DNA of 64,000 nt from Candidatus Moraniibacteriota bacterium (GCA_052035095.1 JBPOHW010000005.1:30269-94268); one strand, 5' to 3'. Shown: positions 28,697 through 39,493, counted from the first letter of the stretch. The notes: a model not told the origin generated them from the letters alone. Translations and numbers: made by a program.

Positions 28697-31032
28697 TTAC
28701 TTTTGCAGTTCCGCCATGTTTACCGATCGCTTGCTGATTTTGATCATTTCCTCGTCGTGTGAAACACAAATTATCGTAGTGTCCGGATATTTCTCGTTTA
28801 TCTCACTGATAATTTTCCTTACTTCGGTTGCAGCTTGCGAATCGAGGCTTGCCGTCGGTTCATCAAGCAACATGATCTTTGCCCCTTTAACCAAAGTGCG
28901 CGCTACGCCAATCCTTACCCTCTCACCTCCCGATAAATTTTTTACTTCTTCGTCGAGTCTGCCAATAAATTTTTCCAAATGCAAATCTTCCAATACTTTC
29001 TTTATTTTTTCATAGCTTATTTCTTCTTTCGACCACAGCAAAATATTTTCACGCAATGTCATTTCATCAAAAATTTGCGGATTTTGGTTGCAGTAAGACA
29101 TGACTGAATAGATCGATTTTTTGCCGTATTTTTTTATGTTGTCATTCTTAACTCCGCCTATTTCTATTTCACCGCCACCCGGCTTATATAGACCAACTAA
29201 ATTTCGGAGCAGTGTCGATTTTCCAATTCCAGATGCTCCCGATATAGCCAAGAATTCTCCCTGCTTAATATTCATGCTTATACCGCGCAAAATATTTTTA
29301 TAGCGAAGATTTTTTATAGAAATATCAAAATTTTCCAATTCGGAAATCGGTACGCGTTCCTTTTCTTTTTCACCTTCCGGCAAATCCAGTTTTTCGTATT
29401 TTCCAAAAATTTCGTCCATCCGTTGTATATCCTGAATATAACGAGAAAATCTATTGAAATAAAGACTTACCAATTCTTGAACCGGGTAATTTAGCATGCC
29501 AGAATAAGTGATATTTGACAAAATAGCTCCACCGGAAATCATGCCGACCGCTTGAAGCGCGCCACCTACGCCAGCCGCCACGACGGTTGAAACATCAAAA
29601 GGAATCCTCCTTATCAAATCCATCTTCGTTTCTTCGACAAATCTCCCCAACGAAAGAGTATCTATTCTGTCCATCTGCCTTTTTACATCGGCGGCAATGA
29701 TCGGCGTTTCAGACGAAGTTTTAATTTCTTCAAATCCACTCTTTATCGATCCGAGACGCGTCTCTATTTTTCCCCCTCTCGTCTTTCTTTTTCATACATC
29801 GGCCAGACTTCATTATTCTGTTTTTTCGCGACTCTATACATAACAGGCAGGCTTCCAGCGCCAATTGCACCAAGAACAGGATTTATTTTCATCAAAAATG
29901 CGAGAGACATGGCTATTCCCGCTAAAGTCGGAGCAAATTCTGAAAGAGTGTCTCGTAAAATTCCCTCTGTCGCGTTTTTGCCCCTTTCCAAAGTCGCATA
30001 AATTTCGCCCAATGGTTTTTCGTGTATAAATTCAAATTCTTGAAAAAACAACGAATTGGTTATCCGTTCGTTAATTTGATGATTAATTTCATTCATCACC
30101 TTAGCCAGTTCGATTTTACTCTTCGCATCAATAAGCACTGATACCTTGTTGAGTCCGAGAAATTCCAAAAACACGGCGACATTGAACCTATCTTGCACGA
30201 TTATGTCTTGAAATAATGACGGGGCGAAACTTTCCAAACCTTTTGACGCTAAATGTCCAAGAGAAATTTTTGCTATCGCTCCTTTTTTCTCACCCAACTC
30301 ATACTCGTTCCAAAGCCGCGTGATTGTTTCAACGAGAACTCTCGGCGAATAATTTTCATCCTCGCCTTTGTCAGATCGTATAAGATCTACTAAAATTTCA
30401 ACCTCAACCTTGTCCAATGGATATCGATTTTGTAGGTCTTTTACCAACTCGGCTTTTTGTTTTCGTTGTTCCTTTTCGTCGATCTCGCCGTCTTCATCAA
30501 TCATTTTGTCCTTGTAAAAATCAGCGATATCTTTTTCCAACGACTTTGTGTTCATCACGTTCCCGATTGAATCAAAAAGCAGCCAGCATTGAGCACGTAA
30601 TTCTTCAGTATCTTCTTCAGTAAGAGATGATTCTCTTTTGTTTCGTATCTCGCTGACTAGATTCTCAATCCAGTCTTCAATAGCGCAGGAAAACTCTTCA
30701 CTATTAACATTAACAAATTCTCTGTGCGGATGCTCTTCTGATTTTTTGGCTTTCTCGTTAAAACCCTTCAAGATTTGTTTGTATTCGGTCACCAGTTCTG
30801 GCGCGATGAGTTCGCTCAACAACTTCATTTTTTCTTGTTCCTCCAAGGTCGGTTTTTCAACAGAGATCTTCTCTTGGATTGATAAACGTAAAGACAACCA
30901 ATGATCCTTGAGCGTCATCGGTCTTCCCTCTGTTTCGTCATGTTCTTCAAGAGTAAGCGGTTCCGCTTTTGCAGATTCTTTCTCTCGCTCAATTTCTCCT
31001 TTGATTGGCCTAAAAAAATCACTTTCTTTCAT
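28697..31032 (-). pseudogene. ABC transporter (N-terminal extension + TMD + NBD) split by a 1-nt frameshift at about 29767
   Basis: ORF1 ends ...EGEK*; the -1 frame continues IETRLGSIKSGFEEIK into ORF2 with GASGIGKST, LSGGE and LLDEPT; the break is in a GGGGGAAAAA run. Confidence 0.75.
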
Positions 31033-31126
31033 AGTTGTGAAACATAAAACAACCACCCCACCCCTTGAGAACTATTTCATACAGGAAGTTATCATCCCAC
31101 ACTTTAAACACTCCTCCATGCGAGAG

Positions 31127-31278
31127 ACCACCCCACCCTTCGGGCACCCCTCCACCGGAGGGGAATCATCCCCGTTCCAATTCCCCTCCGGTGGAGGGGG
31201 TAGGGGGTGGTAGTTCTCTAGCAGAGGGGGTAGGGAGTGGTTTAATAGGCGAGGGGGTGGTAGCTCTGCGGTAGAGGG
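31127..31278. repeat. REPIN-like palindrome cluster 2
   Basis: Same unit as 28540, with degenerate tandem AGGGGGTGGT copies. Confidence 0.85.
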
Positions 31279-31307
31279 AACAATAAGCGTTAGCCCCCTC
31301 TGTAAGA

Positions 31308-31673
31308 TCATACCTTCCCATTTTGAAACGCCGAATGTTTCCCGAGCCATTCCATAACATTCGGGAGATTTTTTTTCACCTCCCAATCATCGATATGAAT
31401 AACGGTAAGACCGAGTCCCTCAAGAAACAAATCCCGTTCTCGGTCGTATTCTTGTTTGTCATCATGGCTACTCCCATCAATTTCTATAACCACCATTGCG
31501 TTAGAACAAAAGAAATCGACGATGTAGTGTCCGATAATTTTCTGCCGATCAAAATCGAGCCCCCTGAATTGACCATTTCTTATCTGTTGCCAAAAGAGCA
31601 CCTCTGAAAGATTTCCCGATTTTCTCAATTCTCTCGCGCGTTCTTTGAGTTTCGGATTGTAAGGAAGGGACAT
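31308..31673 (-). CDS. DUF559 / Vsr-like endonuclease
   Basis: YNPKLKERARELRK, SEVLFW, FDRQKIIGHYIVDF, IEIDGSSH, DRERDLFL. Confidence 0.9.
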   Translation of the reverse strand: MSLPYNPKLKERARELRKSGNLSEVLFWQQIRNGQFRGLDFDRQKIIGHYIVDFFCSNAMVVIEIDGSSHDDKQEYDRERDLFLEGLGLTVIHIDDWEVKKNLPNVMEWLGKHSAFQNGKV

Positions 31674-31730
31674 GAAGTTTCGCGTATGACGAAAAACTAT
31701 CACGTCTTTCGGGCACTCATCAATACGAGA

Positions 31731-31930
31731 GACCACTCCACTCTTTGGGTGCCCCTCCATACGGGAAGGTACCACCCCGCCCTTCGGGCACCCCTCCACC
31801 GGAGGGGAATCATCCCCGCTCCAATTCCCCTCCGGTGGAGGGGCAAGGGGGTGGTAACTCTCCGGTGAAGGGGCAAGGGGGTGGTTGTCCCGTGTTGGAG
31901 GGGGTAGGGGGTGGTAGCTCTGTAGTGAAG
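31731..31930. repeat. REPIN-like palindrome cluster 3
   Basis: Same unit; 31772-31855 is a near-identical direct repeat of 31128-31210. Confidence 0.85.
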
Positions 31931-32068
31931 AAGCGATTCGACAAAATCGAGGGGATACCATATTCCGAAGTTCATACGAATCAACCGTAAAATCAATCCA
32001 TCCACCTCTTCATCTTATCCTATTTTTCTTCGTGTCTCAATGCGGAAAGAATTTTATCACAATTCTTC

Positions 32069-32608
32069 TCACCTCCGTCCGACATTCGTTCGTTCAAAGA
32101 GATCGAGATATCGCTCAAAAATCATAGTGAGATGAAACATCGCTACGAAAAGCAGCAAAGAAAAAAGCATCGACCATGGAATCGCCGACCAATTCATATC
32201 GGAAACATACGAAAGAAACATCGAAACATCACGCGCACGAAAAGAAAGAAAAAGAACATCGGTCATCCGCGCGAAAAATTCAAACACCCACACGCCGATA
32301 CCGAAGAGAAAAAGTCGTTCCATCCTGTATCCGAACAAAAATTGTCGCGCCATCAAACCAAACACGGCTGAGGCGAGCGCCAGTTCAAAAGAAGCGCCTC
32401 CAATCCTCGAAAAAACGATTGAGTCAAGAAAGACGCCACCGACGACTGCCCATTTCCACGAAAACGCGAATCCCTTGAGAAGGGTGAGCGATACAATGAC
32501 TGAAAGAAATATCGGGGGCGGAAACTGCGGGAAAAGTACCGTGAAAAACGACGCATCCGCAATTGCGGCAGAGACGAGAAATGCGCTGCGAAAGAGGATC
32601 GGTTTCAT
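32069..32608 (-). CDS. mreD: MreD-like membrane protein
   Basis: Hydrophobic, GGVFLDS; overlaps the mreC stop. Confidence 0.55.
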   Translation of the reverse strand: MKPILFRSAFLVSAAIADASFFTVLFPQFPPPIFLSVIVSLTLLKGFAFSWKWAVVGGVFLDSIVFSRIGGASFELALASAVFGLMARQFLFGYRMERLFLFGIGVWVFEFFARMTDVLFLSFRARDVSMFLSYVSDMNWSAIPWSMLFSLLLFVAMFHLTMIFERYLDLFERTNVGRR

Positions 32609-33420
32609 GATTTCGTACCGATAATGACGGACACAAAACGCACCCGATCAAAACGGACAGGGGAAGCGATCGTTGCATATTGAAACAATCTATCAGACGA
32701 AGACTCTACCTTTGTAATCGTCCCGATAAAGAGTCCTCTCGGCACTTCCCCGCCCAAGCCCGAGGTAATCACCTCATCTCCTTCGCGAAGCGTTTCGGAC
32801 TGGAGTACCATATCGAGAGCCAACCCCAAGCCGTATTCTCCGCGCACGACGCCGCGCGCCTCGGTCGCTCCGGCAACCGCATTCACCGCGCTCGCCGAAT
32901 CCGAAAGAAGAAGCACGCGAGACGCAAGCGGAGTCGTTTCAATGACGCGACCGATCAATGTCCCCTTCCCGACCACCACCGCCATACCCTTCCGAATCCC
33001 GGCGAGTTCTCCCACATTGAGAAGGATCGCCCCTCCCGACGACACATCGTCTCGCCCCATCACCTCTGCCGCCTTCAATTCAAATTGGGCGTACGGCGCA
33101 AGTCCCCGTTCCGTCCGAAGCGCCGCATTTTCCCGCGACACATCGGCGAGAGCCGCCACTTCCGCCTTGAGATCGATATTTTCTTCAAGAAGACGTTCGT
33201 TTTCCCGTTTCAATCGACCAATCGACCCGAGAAACGATCCGATTCGTCCCGCATGGTATCCAAAAAATGAACCGACATTTTGAAACGGAAATGTCACCGT
33301 CCCCACCGCCGTTCGAAGCGAAAATGCCACAAACGGCGGGTTCCACAAAAACACCGCGACGCATCCGAGCAGAATGAGTATGAGTTTCCCAAATTTGTTG
33401 TTCCAAATAAAACGAATCAT
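32605..33420 (-). CDS. mreC: Rod shape-determining protein MreC
   Basis: TM, coiled coil, GMAVV, GDEVITSGLGG. Confidence 0.92.
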   Translation of the reverse strand: MIRFIWNNKFGKLILILLGCVAVFLWNPPFVAFSLRTAVGTVTFPFQNVGSFFGYHAGRIGSFLGSIGRLKRENERLLEENIDLKAEVAALADVSRENAALRTERGLAPYAQFELKAAEVMGRDDVSSGGAILLNVGELAGIRKGMAVVVGKGTLIGRVIETTPLASRVLLLSDSASAVNAVAGATEARGVVRGEYGLGLALDMVLQSETLREGDEVITSGLGGEVPRGLFIGTITKVESSSDRLFQYATIASPVRFDRVRFVSVIIGTKS

Positions 33421-33577
33421 GAAGAAGAAAGATAAAAGAAAATTCCAAATCCAAAATCACAATTTCCAAATAAGCACCAAATCACAAACATAAAACGAAG
33501 TAGGTAAGACCATTTTGAACATTGAGATTTGAATTTTATTTGGAACTTACAATTTTTAATTTGATAGTTTATCCCCT

Positions 33578-34687
33578 CTATCGGAGGGGGGTCCCTCGTT
33601 GGTCCTCGACCAGCACTTCCTTAAGCCGCTCCATATCTTCGAGGACAACGCCCGTACCGCGTACCACCGCAGTCAAAGGATCCTCCATCATACGGACGGG
33701 AATGCCGGTTTGATTGGCGAGAAATCGATCAAACCCGCGAATCATACTTCCGCCGCCCGCCAGAATAATGCCCCGCTGAAAAATATCAGAAAGAAGTTCG
33801 GGCGGCGTTTCCTCTATAATCGTCTTGATGTTATTGACAATAATGCGGATCGAATGCGAAAGCGCCTCGCGAATATGTTCGTCGGTCGCGATGATCTCTT
33901 TGGGCAATCCGCTCACCAAATCGCGTCCGCGTATGGGATAGGTCATCGGCTCTCGAAGCGTATAGGCGCTCCCGATGGAAATTTTCACTTCTTCAGCGGT
34001 CTTTTCCCCGATAAGAAGATTGAATGAATCTCGCGCGTACCGGACGATGTCCTCGTTCATTTCGTCACCCGCGATACGAAGACTCCGCGATACAACGACG
34101 CCGCCCAAAGAAATAACGGCAATCTCCGTCGTCCCGCCACCGATATCGACGACCATGTTGCCGGACGCCTCGATAACCGGGAGTCGCGCGCCAATCGCCG
34201 CCGCCATCGGCTCGTCGATGAGGAACGCTTCGCGCGCTCCGGCATTCATCGTCGCTTCAATGACCGCGCGCCGTTCCACTTCGGTCACTCCCGAGGGAAC
34301 TCCCACCAAAACGCGCGGTCGCCGCAAAAACGCAAGATTGGTATCATGCACTTTATTGATAAAAAACCGGAGCATTTGTTGGGTCACGTCGAAGTCGCTC
34401 ACGACACCATCAACCAAAGGTCGTGTCGCCACAATATGCCCGGGCGTCTTCCCTACCATACGTTTGGCATCGCGTCCGATCGCGAGAATTTGCCCGGTCC
34501 GTTGATTCACCGCCACAACCGACGGCTCATTGATGACAATCCCCTTCCCGCGCACATAGACCAGCGTATTCGCCGTTCCCAAATCAATACCGATATCCTG
34601 CGAAAATCGCCCGAATACCATATCGGAAAATTGTTTCCGATACCGCCTGTATTGATGCGCAAATGAATTCGGTGAATGTGATTCCAT
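33578..34687 (-). CDS. mreB: Rod shape-determining protein MreB
   Basis: IDLGTANT, EPSVVA, DIGGGTTE, LAGGG. Confidence 0.96.
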   Translation of the reverse strand: MESHSPNSFAHQYRRYRKQFSDMVFGRFSQDIGIDLGTANTLVYVRGKGIVINEPSVVAVNQRTGQILAIGRDAKRMVGKTPGHIVATRPLVDGVVSDFDVTQQMLRFFINKVHDTNLAFLRRPRVLVGVPSGVTEVERRAVIEATMNAGAREAFLIDEPMAAAIGARLPVIEASGNMVVDIGGGTTEIAVISLGGVVVSRSLRIAGDEMNEDIVRYARDSFNLLIGEKTAEEVKISIGSAYTLREPMTYPIRGRDLVSGLPKEIIATDEHIREALSHSIRIIVNNIKTIIEETPPELLSDIFQRGIILAGGGSMIRGFDRFLANQTGIPVRMMEDPLTAVVRGTGVVLEDMERLKEVLVEDQRGTPLR

Positions 34688-34821
34688 ACAAACGCAAAAA
34701 AATCGGAAGAGTCATTCCTTCACCAAGACTACCAAGAAACCCCCCAAGGAGCAAGAAAATTCGCACGGGCAACACTTCCCGTGCGAATTTCAAAATCCAC
34801 GAAAAACTCAGTCTCCCGGCT

Positions 34822-36147
34822 TCACGGCGTGAGACGTTTGACGTCTCTCGGAAAGAGGACAGCCTGTTTGATGGTGGGAAGTCCCAAGAGTTGCTGAATG
34901 GTGCGCTCCGATCCCCAGCCCCACCCGCCGTGCGGCGGGCAACCATACCGAAAGGTGTCGAGATAATTCGAGAAATCCTCCGGATTCATCCCGCGCTTCT
35001 TGATCGACTCCACCATTTTTTTGTATTCATGAATACGCTGTCCGCCAGTCGCGAGTTCCAGCCCGCGAAAGAGGAGGTCGAAGCTTTCCGTAAAGTGCGG
35101 ATCGGCGCCCGGCAAAGTATAAAACGGCCGAATGGCGGTCGGATAATGCGTCAAGAAGACAAAATCCGATCCAAATTCGCGCTTCACATACTCGCAAATC
35201 ATCCGCTCGCCCTCGGGATCGATGTCGATTTCCCCGCCTTCCATTTTCTTCCCGAATTCTTTTTCAAGAATTTGAAGCGCTTCCGTCAGCTTCATGCGCG
35301 GGATAGCGACTCTTTTGGGAGCCTCGGCGCCCCACAATTCAAGCTCTTCTTTTCCTCGTTCGCCTATTTTTTCAAACACGTCAAAAATGATGCTTTCGAG
35401 CTCGTTCATCACGTCACCGACGCCTTCAATAAACGCCATCTCGGCATCAAGACTCACGTATTCGTTCACGTGGCGCGTCGTAAAGTGCGGCTCGGCGCGA
35501 AACACCGGTCCAATCTCGAAAACTCGCTCAAACACACTTGCCCCCGCCTCCTTATAAAATTGCGGACTCTGCGCGAGAAACGCATCGCGATCAAAATATT
35601 TGATCTTGAAAAAGTTGGCGCCGCCTTCGGTCGCGGCATTCACCACCTTTGGCGTCTTCACCTCGAGAAAACCGCGCGACCGAAGCGCGTCGGCATACGC
35701 GGATACCAGTATGCCATAAAGCCGAAAAATCGCCTGAACTTTTCGATTGCGGAGCGAAAAAATGCGATTGTTGAGAAGTGTATCAAGATGAAGTTCCTCA
35801 AGACCGCCCTCAGCTATTTCAAATGGGAGCGGACTTTCGGGAGCGGAAAGAATGATGAGTTCTTCAACTTCCACTTCGATACTCCCCAGGGTATCGGCGC
35901 GCTCGGCGCCACCCGGACGAGATTTCACCACACCGATCGCCTCGATGATACACTCATTCCGGCACTCGCGCGCCGCCTCATACGCCGCGCTATGATCGGG
36001 TATTACCACCAGTTGAACCGTACCGCTTCGATCGCGAACATCGAGAAATAAAATTTTCCCGTGGTCGCGACGCATATTCACCCATCCTTTCAGGCGAACC
36101 CGTTCCCCTTTCGCACGCAACGCTTCGACAATCAGTGTTCGTTCCAT
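34822..36147 (-). CDS. aspS: Aspartate--tRNA ligase, archaeal-type (probably non-discriminating)
   Basis: OB fold, TEGGANFF, LAQSPQFYK, FRAE..TTRH..E, GGQRIH, PPHGGWGWG, LFPRD. Confidence 0.9.
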   Translation of the reverse strand: MERTLIVEALRAKGERVRLKGWVNMRRDHGKILFLDVRDRSGTVQLVVIPDHSAAYEAARECRNECIIEAIGVVKSRPGGAERADTLGSIEVEVEELIILSAPESPLPFEIAEGGLEELHLDTLLNNRIFSLRNRKVQAIFRLYGILVSAYADALRSRGFLEVKTPKVVNAATEGGANFFKIKYFDRDAFLAQSPQFYKEAGASVFERVFEIGPVFRAEPHFTTRHVNEYVSLDAEMAFIEGVGDVMNELESIIFDVFEKIGERGKEELELWGAEAPKRVAIPRMKLTEALQILEKEFGKKMEGGEIDIDPEGERMICEYVKREFGSDFVFLTHYPTAIRPFYTLPGADPHFTESFDLLFRGLELATGGQRIHEYKKMVESIKKRGMNPEDFSNYLDTFRYGCPPHGGWGWGSERTIQQLLGLPTIKQAVLFPRDVKRLTP

Positions 36148-36156
36148 AACTTCTTG

Positions 36157-36600
36157 TTACTGATTATTCCCTCCGGGATTTTCATCCGCTTGCAAATGCT
36201 CAATTTCATCACTCTGCCGCGATCCGGGTTGTTTCAGAAAACGAGAAACTTCTTCGACAAGTTGCGACGGCGAAAACTCAGACTTCGAAATAAAGCCGTT
36301 CGCGCCAAGACGCAGCGCCTTTTCCCGATCCTCTCGCTCATTCAAATTGCTAAACATGACGATTTTCAAATCGGGAGCATACCCGCTTTTGGGATTTCGA
36401 ATCTGCTCCAACACTTCCATACCGCCCATCTCGGGAAGGACGATGTCAAGAAGAACGATATCAAACGGCTCAACCCGCAAAATATCAAGTACCGCCTTTC
36501 CGGAAACCGCGATACGAACATCGAAACCGGCGGCAACGAATTTCCGTTCATACATCTCCGATATCATCGGGTCATCTTCAACCAAGAGTACCTTTGACAT
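36157..36600 (-). CDS. Single-domain response regulator
   Basis: MSKVLLVEDD, LLDIVLP, FSN, K; start at 36600. Confidence 0.9.
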   Translation of the reverse strand: MSKVLLVEDDPMISEMYERKFVAAGFDVRIAVSGKAVLDILRVEPFDIVLLDIVLPEMGGMEVLEQIRNPKSGYAPDLKIVMFSNLNEREDREKALRLGANGFISKSEFSPSQLVEEVSRFLKQPGSRQSDEIEHLQADENPGGNNQ

Positions 36601-36620
36601 AGATGTTTTCTTAAATAATC

Positions 36621-36749
36621 TAGGACTTACGCGTTTGAGTGCAGTTCGAGGAAAATGCGAGGAACAGAGTAAACTGTATGCGCCATACAGCGTCCCCGCC
36701 GAGGCGGGGGAACATTTGACGAAGAAATTCGCCAAACGCGTAAGTCCTA
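36621..36749. mobile_element. Palindromic MITE-like element family A
   Basis: Perfect 17-bp TIR TAGGACTTACGCGTTTG/CAAACGCGTAAGTCCTA with terminal TA; near-identical copy at 60626. Confidence 0.8.
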
Positions 36750-36752
36750 TAA

Positions 36753-37541
36753 TCAACGGAATTTCCACTTCCACATATATCGTACCCACGACCGTATATG
36801 CTCGCGCGCGAGGCGACTCGTAAAAGGCGCCACAAACCAACGTGATCGAGCGCTCCCTCTCGCGTGATCGTGTATGACAACCGCTTCCGGCAAGTATACC
36901 ACTCGAAGACCACTCCGCCACGCCCGACGGCACAGATCGGTATCTTCAAAATACATAAAGAAGCGCTCATCAAACCCGCCCACCCGCCGATAAAAATCCG
37001 CTCGTATCATAAGGCACGACCCGATCATCCAGTCGACATCGCGAATCGTCTCGTGATCGAAGTCGGTCATAAGATACCGCCCGAGATACGCCGGCACAAG
37101 ACGCCCGAGCGATGTCCGACGTACAATCGGCGTCCACACTTTCGGAAACCGAAGGCAGGAATATTGAAGCGTCCCGTCGGGATTCAAGAGTTTCGGCCCC
37201 ATAATGCCGATATCCTCACGCTCCTTCATACCCAAAAAAAGAAGTCGGACAGCATCGGGACGAACCAAGGTGTCGGGATTCAGAATAAGGAAAAACTTCC
37301 CCGTCGCCCGCTCGGCGCCCCGATTGTTCCCGCCCCCCATTCCGAGATTCTTTCCGCTTGAAAGGAACACTGCCTCCGGAAACTCCCTCTCGAAAGAAGT
37401 ATCAAAATCAGCCGTCTCGCTATTGTCAACCACGATCGTTTCATGCGATACTCCCGAGAAATCGGCTTTCCGAAGAGAACAAAGACACCGCCGAGTTTTC
37501 TCTCGGCTTCGATAGTTAACCAGAATGATACTCACGTCCAT
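36753..37541 (-). CDS. Glycosyltransferase family 2 (WbbL-like)
   Basis: VSIILVNY, VVDNS, NLGMGGGNN, LNPDT, FFMYFEDTDLC. Confidence 0.9.
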   Translation of the reverse strand: MDVSIILVNYRSREKTRRCLCSLRKADFSGVSHETIVVDNSETADFDTSFEREFPEAVFLSSGKNLGMGGGNNRGAERATGKFFLILNPDTLVRPDAVRLLFLGMKEREDIGIMGPKLLNPDGTLQYSCLRFPKVWTPIVRRTSLGRLVPAYLGRYLMTDFDHETIRDVDWMIGSCLMIRADFYRRVGGFDERFFMYFEDTDLCRRAWRSGLRVVYLPEAVVIHDHARGSARSRWFVAPFTSRLAREHIRSWVRYMWKWKFR

Positions 37542-37633
37542 ACACCGGAAATACCGAAAAATACCAGTTTCCCCATTTCCCCAGTGTACAATACTCGCAA
37601 AAAAAAGTATACTGCCTGACGAAGAAGGCACAC

Positions 37634-37706
37634 GTCTCTGTAGCTCAGTGGATAGAGCGTCTGGTTCCGGTCCAGAAGGCCGCAGGTCCGATTCCTGCCA
37701 GGGACA
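37634..37706 (+). tRNA. tRNA-Arg(CCG)
   Basis: GTCTCTG/CAGGGAC acceptor stem, TAGCTCAGTGGATAGAGC D-arm, TCTGG-TTCCGGT-CCAGA anticodon arm; terminator hairpin at 37712-37736. Confidence 0.9.
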
Positions 37707-37760
37707 CACACAAAAAGCGAGTTCGACTCGCTTTTTATATTCGCACAAACAAAACTTCGA

Positions 37761-39407
37761 TCATCCTTTCTTCACGGGGAAATCGACGGAAAAGGTGGAG
37801 CCTTTGTTGATGCCTTCGGAGAAAACGGAAATGGTTCCGCCCTGAGCTTCCATCATGCTCTTTCCCACATAGAGCCCGAGCCCGGTACCATTGGCATAGA
37901 GCTTCCCGCTCTCCTCGCCGCGGGTAAACTTCACAAAGAGCCGCGGAATCGCTTCGGGCGCTATGCCGACGCCCGTATCCGAAACCGAGATACGAACCAT
38001 GTTTGACACACGCTCCACTCGAACGCGGACACTCCCCTTCGGCGTATATTTGATCGCGTTATCTATCAAGTTCGACACCACTTCGAACGATTTCTTGCGA
38101 TCGATCCACACCGGCGGCAACGCCTCCCCTTCGGGACACTCAAAGGAAAGCTCAAGCCCCTTCTTCTTGGCGGCAATTGCAAACGTATCGCGAAGTTCAT
38201 TCAAGAATTCACATAAATTCACTTCCGTATATTCATAGACGAGTCGCCCCGCCTCCATACGAGAAATATTGAGAAGATCTTCAACCAAGTGAATAATACG
38301 CTCATTGGACGTATAAATTTTTTTGAGAATATCGGCGATACCGGCGGGCACCGCGCCATATGACCCCTCAAGAAGAAGCGAGACGAATCCCTTGATGGCG
38401 GTAAGCGGCGTCCGCAACTGATGCGACGCAATCGAGATAAATTCCGTTTTCGATTGGTCGAGCCGCTTCAACTCCACGTTCGCCGCCGCGAGCTTGTCCG
38501 TCACCACCTGCAACTCCTCCTTCCGCCGAATTTCATTCTTCACCGACCGGATGAGCAATATCCCGAATCCGATGGATAGAAGAAAGGTAACCGAAGTCAA
38601 AATATAATTGGTCGTTGTCTTGATGAAAAAAAGCTGAGCGCCGATAAGAACCGAAAGCCCAATCACCAACGCCTGCGCAGCAAGAAGCTTAATATTGAAT
38701 ATCTGGTATCGGACAATGAGATACGCCAAAAGCCCCATAAAAACCGGCATGCCGAAGAGTCCGTATTGGAGATATTCCCAATGCTCGGTAACACTTCCCA
38801 AAATATTCATCCCGGAAAAAGAGAGAAGAAAGAAAATTGAACCAACGGAAAGAAGCACCACCTTCTTTCTCTCTTCTCCGGAAGAATGAGCTATTTTATA
38901 AAGAAGAAATCCGAGAAGCCAGAGAAAAAAGAATACTTCGAGAAAATAGAAGTAGTATATGATCGGTCCCTGCGTCGCCTCGCAAACGGCCACATCAAAA
39001 CCCTTCAAATTAATACCCGTTGGAATCAACGCTAAAAATGGAAGAAAGAGGAAAGCGACAAACATTTTCCATCGAAGCAACACATCGCGCTTTTCCAAGA
39101 AGAGATACACGAAGTACAGCGTAAACACCGAAACGAAATTTTCAAGAATGTTAACAAACGACCACACAAACATAATGAAGCGACTGTCATTATTTGTCCA
39201 AAGTACAAGGTCTGAAAGCGCCCAAAAAGTAAAAAAAATAGATACGAAAAGAAGAGACTGAGCGGAAATATCACGACCCTTCATCCAAACAAAAAATCCG
39301 AGAAACAATGAAACAAGAATTGCCGGGAAATGTGAATAATACAAAAGTGGATGTGCTTCTTCTGAAAATATAAAAAACAAAGGATCTGAAATGTCTGTAC
39401 AGAACAT
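37761..39407 (-). CDS. Sensor histidine kinase with multi-TM N-terminus
   Basis: ASHQLRTPL H-box, NLIDNAIKY, DTGVG, GTGLGL. Confidence 0.93.
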   Translation of the reverse strand: MFCTDISDPLFFIFSEEAHPLLYYSHFPAILVSLFLGFFVWMKGRDISAQSLLFVSIFFTFWALSDLVLWTNNDSRFIMFVWSFVNILENFVSVFTLYFVYLFLEKRDVLLRWKMFVAFLFLPFLALIPTGINLKGFDVAVCEATQGPIIYYFYFLEVFFFLWLLGFLLYKIAHSSGEERKKVVLLSVGSIFFLLSFSGMNILGSVTEHWEYLQYGLFGMPVFMGLLAYLIVRYQIFNIKLLAAQALVIGLSVLIGAQLFFIKTTTNYILTSVTFLLSIGFGILLIRSVKNEIRRKEELQVVTDKLAAANVELKRLDQSKTEFISIASHQLRTPLTAIKGFVSLLLEGSYGAVPAGIADILKKIYTSNERIIHLVEDLLNISRMEAGRLVYEYTEVNLCEFLNELRDTFAIAAKKKGLELSFECPEGEALPPVWIDRKKSFEVVSNLIDNAIKYTPKGSVRVRVERVSNMVRISVSDTGVGIAPEAIPRLFVKFTRGEESGKLYANGTGLGLYVGKSMMEAQGGTISVFSEGINKGSTFSVDFPVKKG

Positions 39408-39493
39408 AAAAGAAATTTTTATTCCCTCCTCGGGGTCATTTTAACATAAAACAAGTATCCCTGCTCTAAAAGGCCAACTTCAAAGGAAAATAT

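Noticed and set aside
29764-29776. Canonical programmed -1 ribosomal frameshift
   Set aside because: Codon phasing (GGG GAA AAA) does not fit an X XXY YYZ heptamer and I see no clear stimulatory structure; kept only as an unexplained frameshift.
28540-31930. GC-rich repeats as a CRISPR array
   Set aside because: Units are inverted and degenerate, there are no regular unique spacers, and no cas genes are present.
31674-31961. Pro-rich N-terminal extension of the DUF559 ORF (and ORFs 28533-28769, 31072-31386)
   Set aside because: These are translations of the palindromic repeats; the likely start is ATG 31673.
36601-36933. N-terminal extensions in the ORF track for the response regulator, GT2, mraZ, lysS, trxA, ferritin, lepA and GT4
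   Set aside because: They run through repeats, tRNA or neighbouring genes; homology begins at downstream ATGs.
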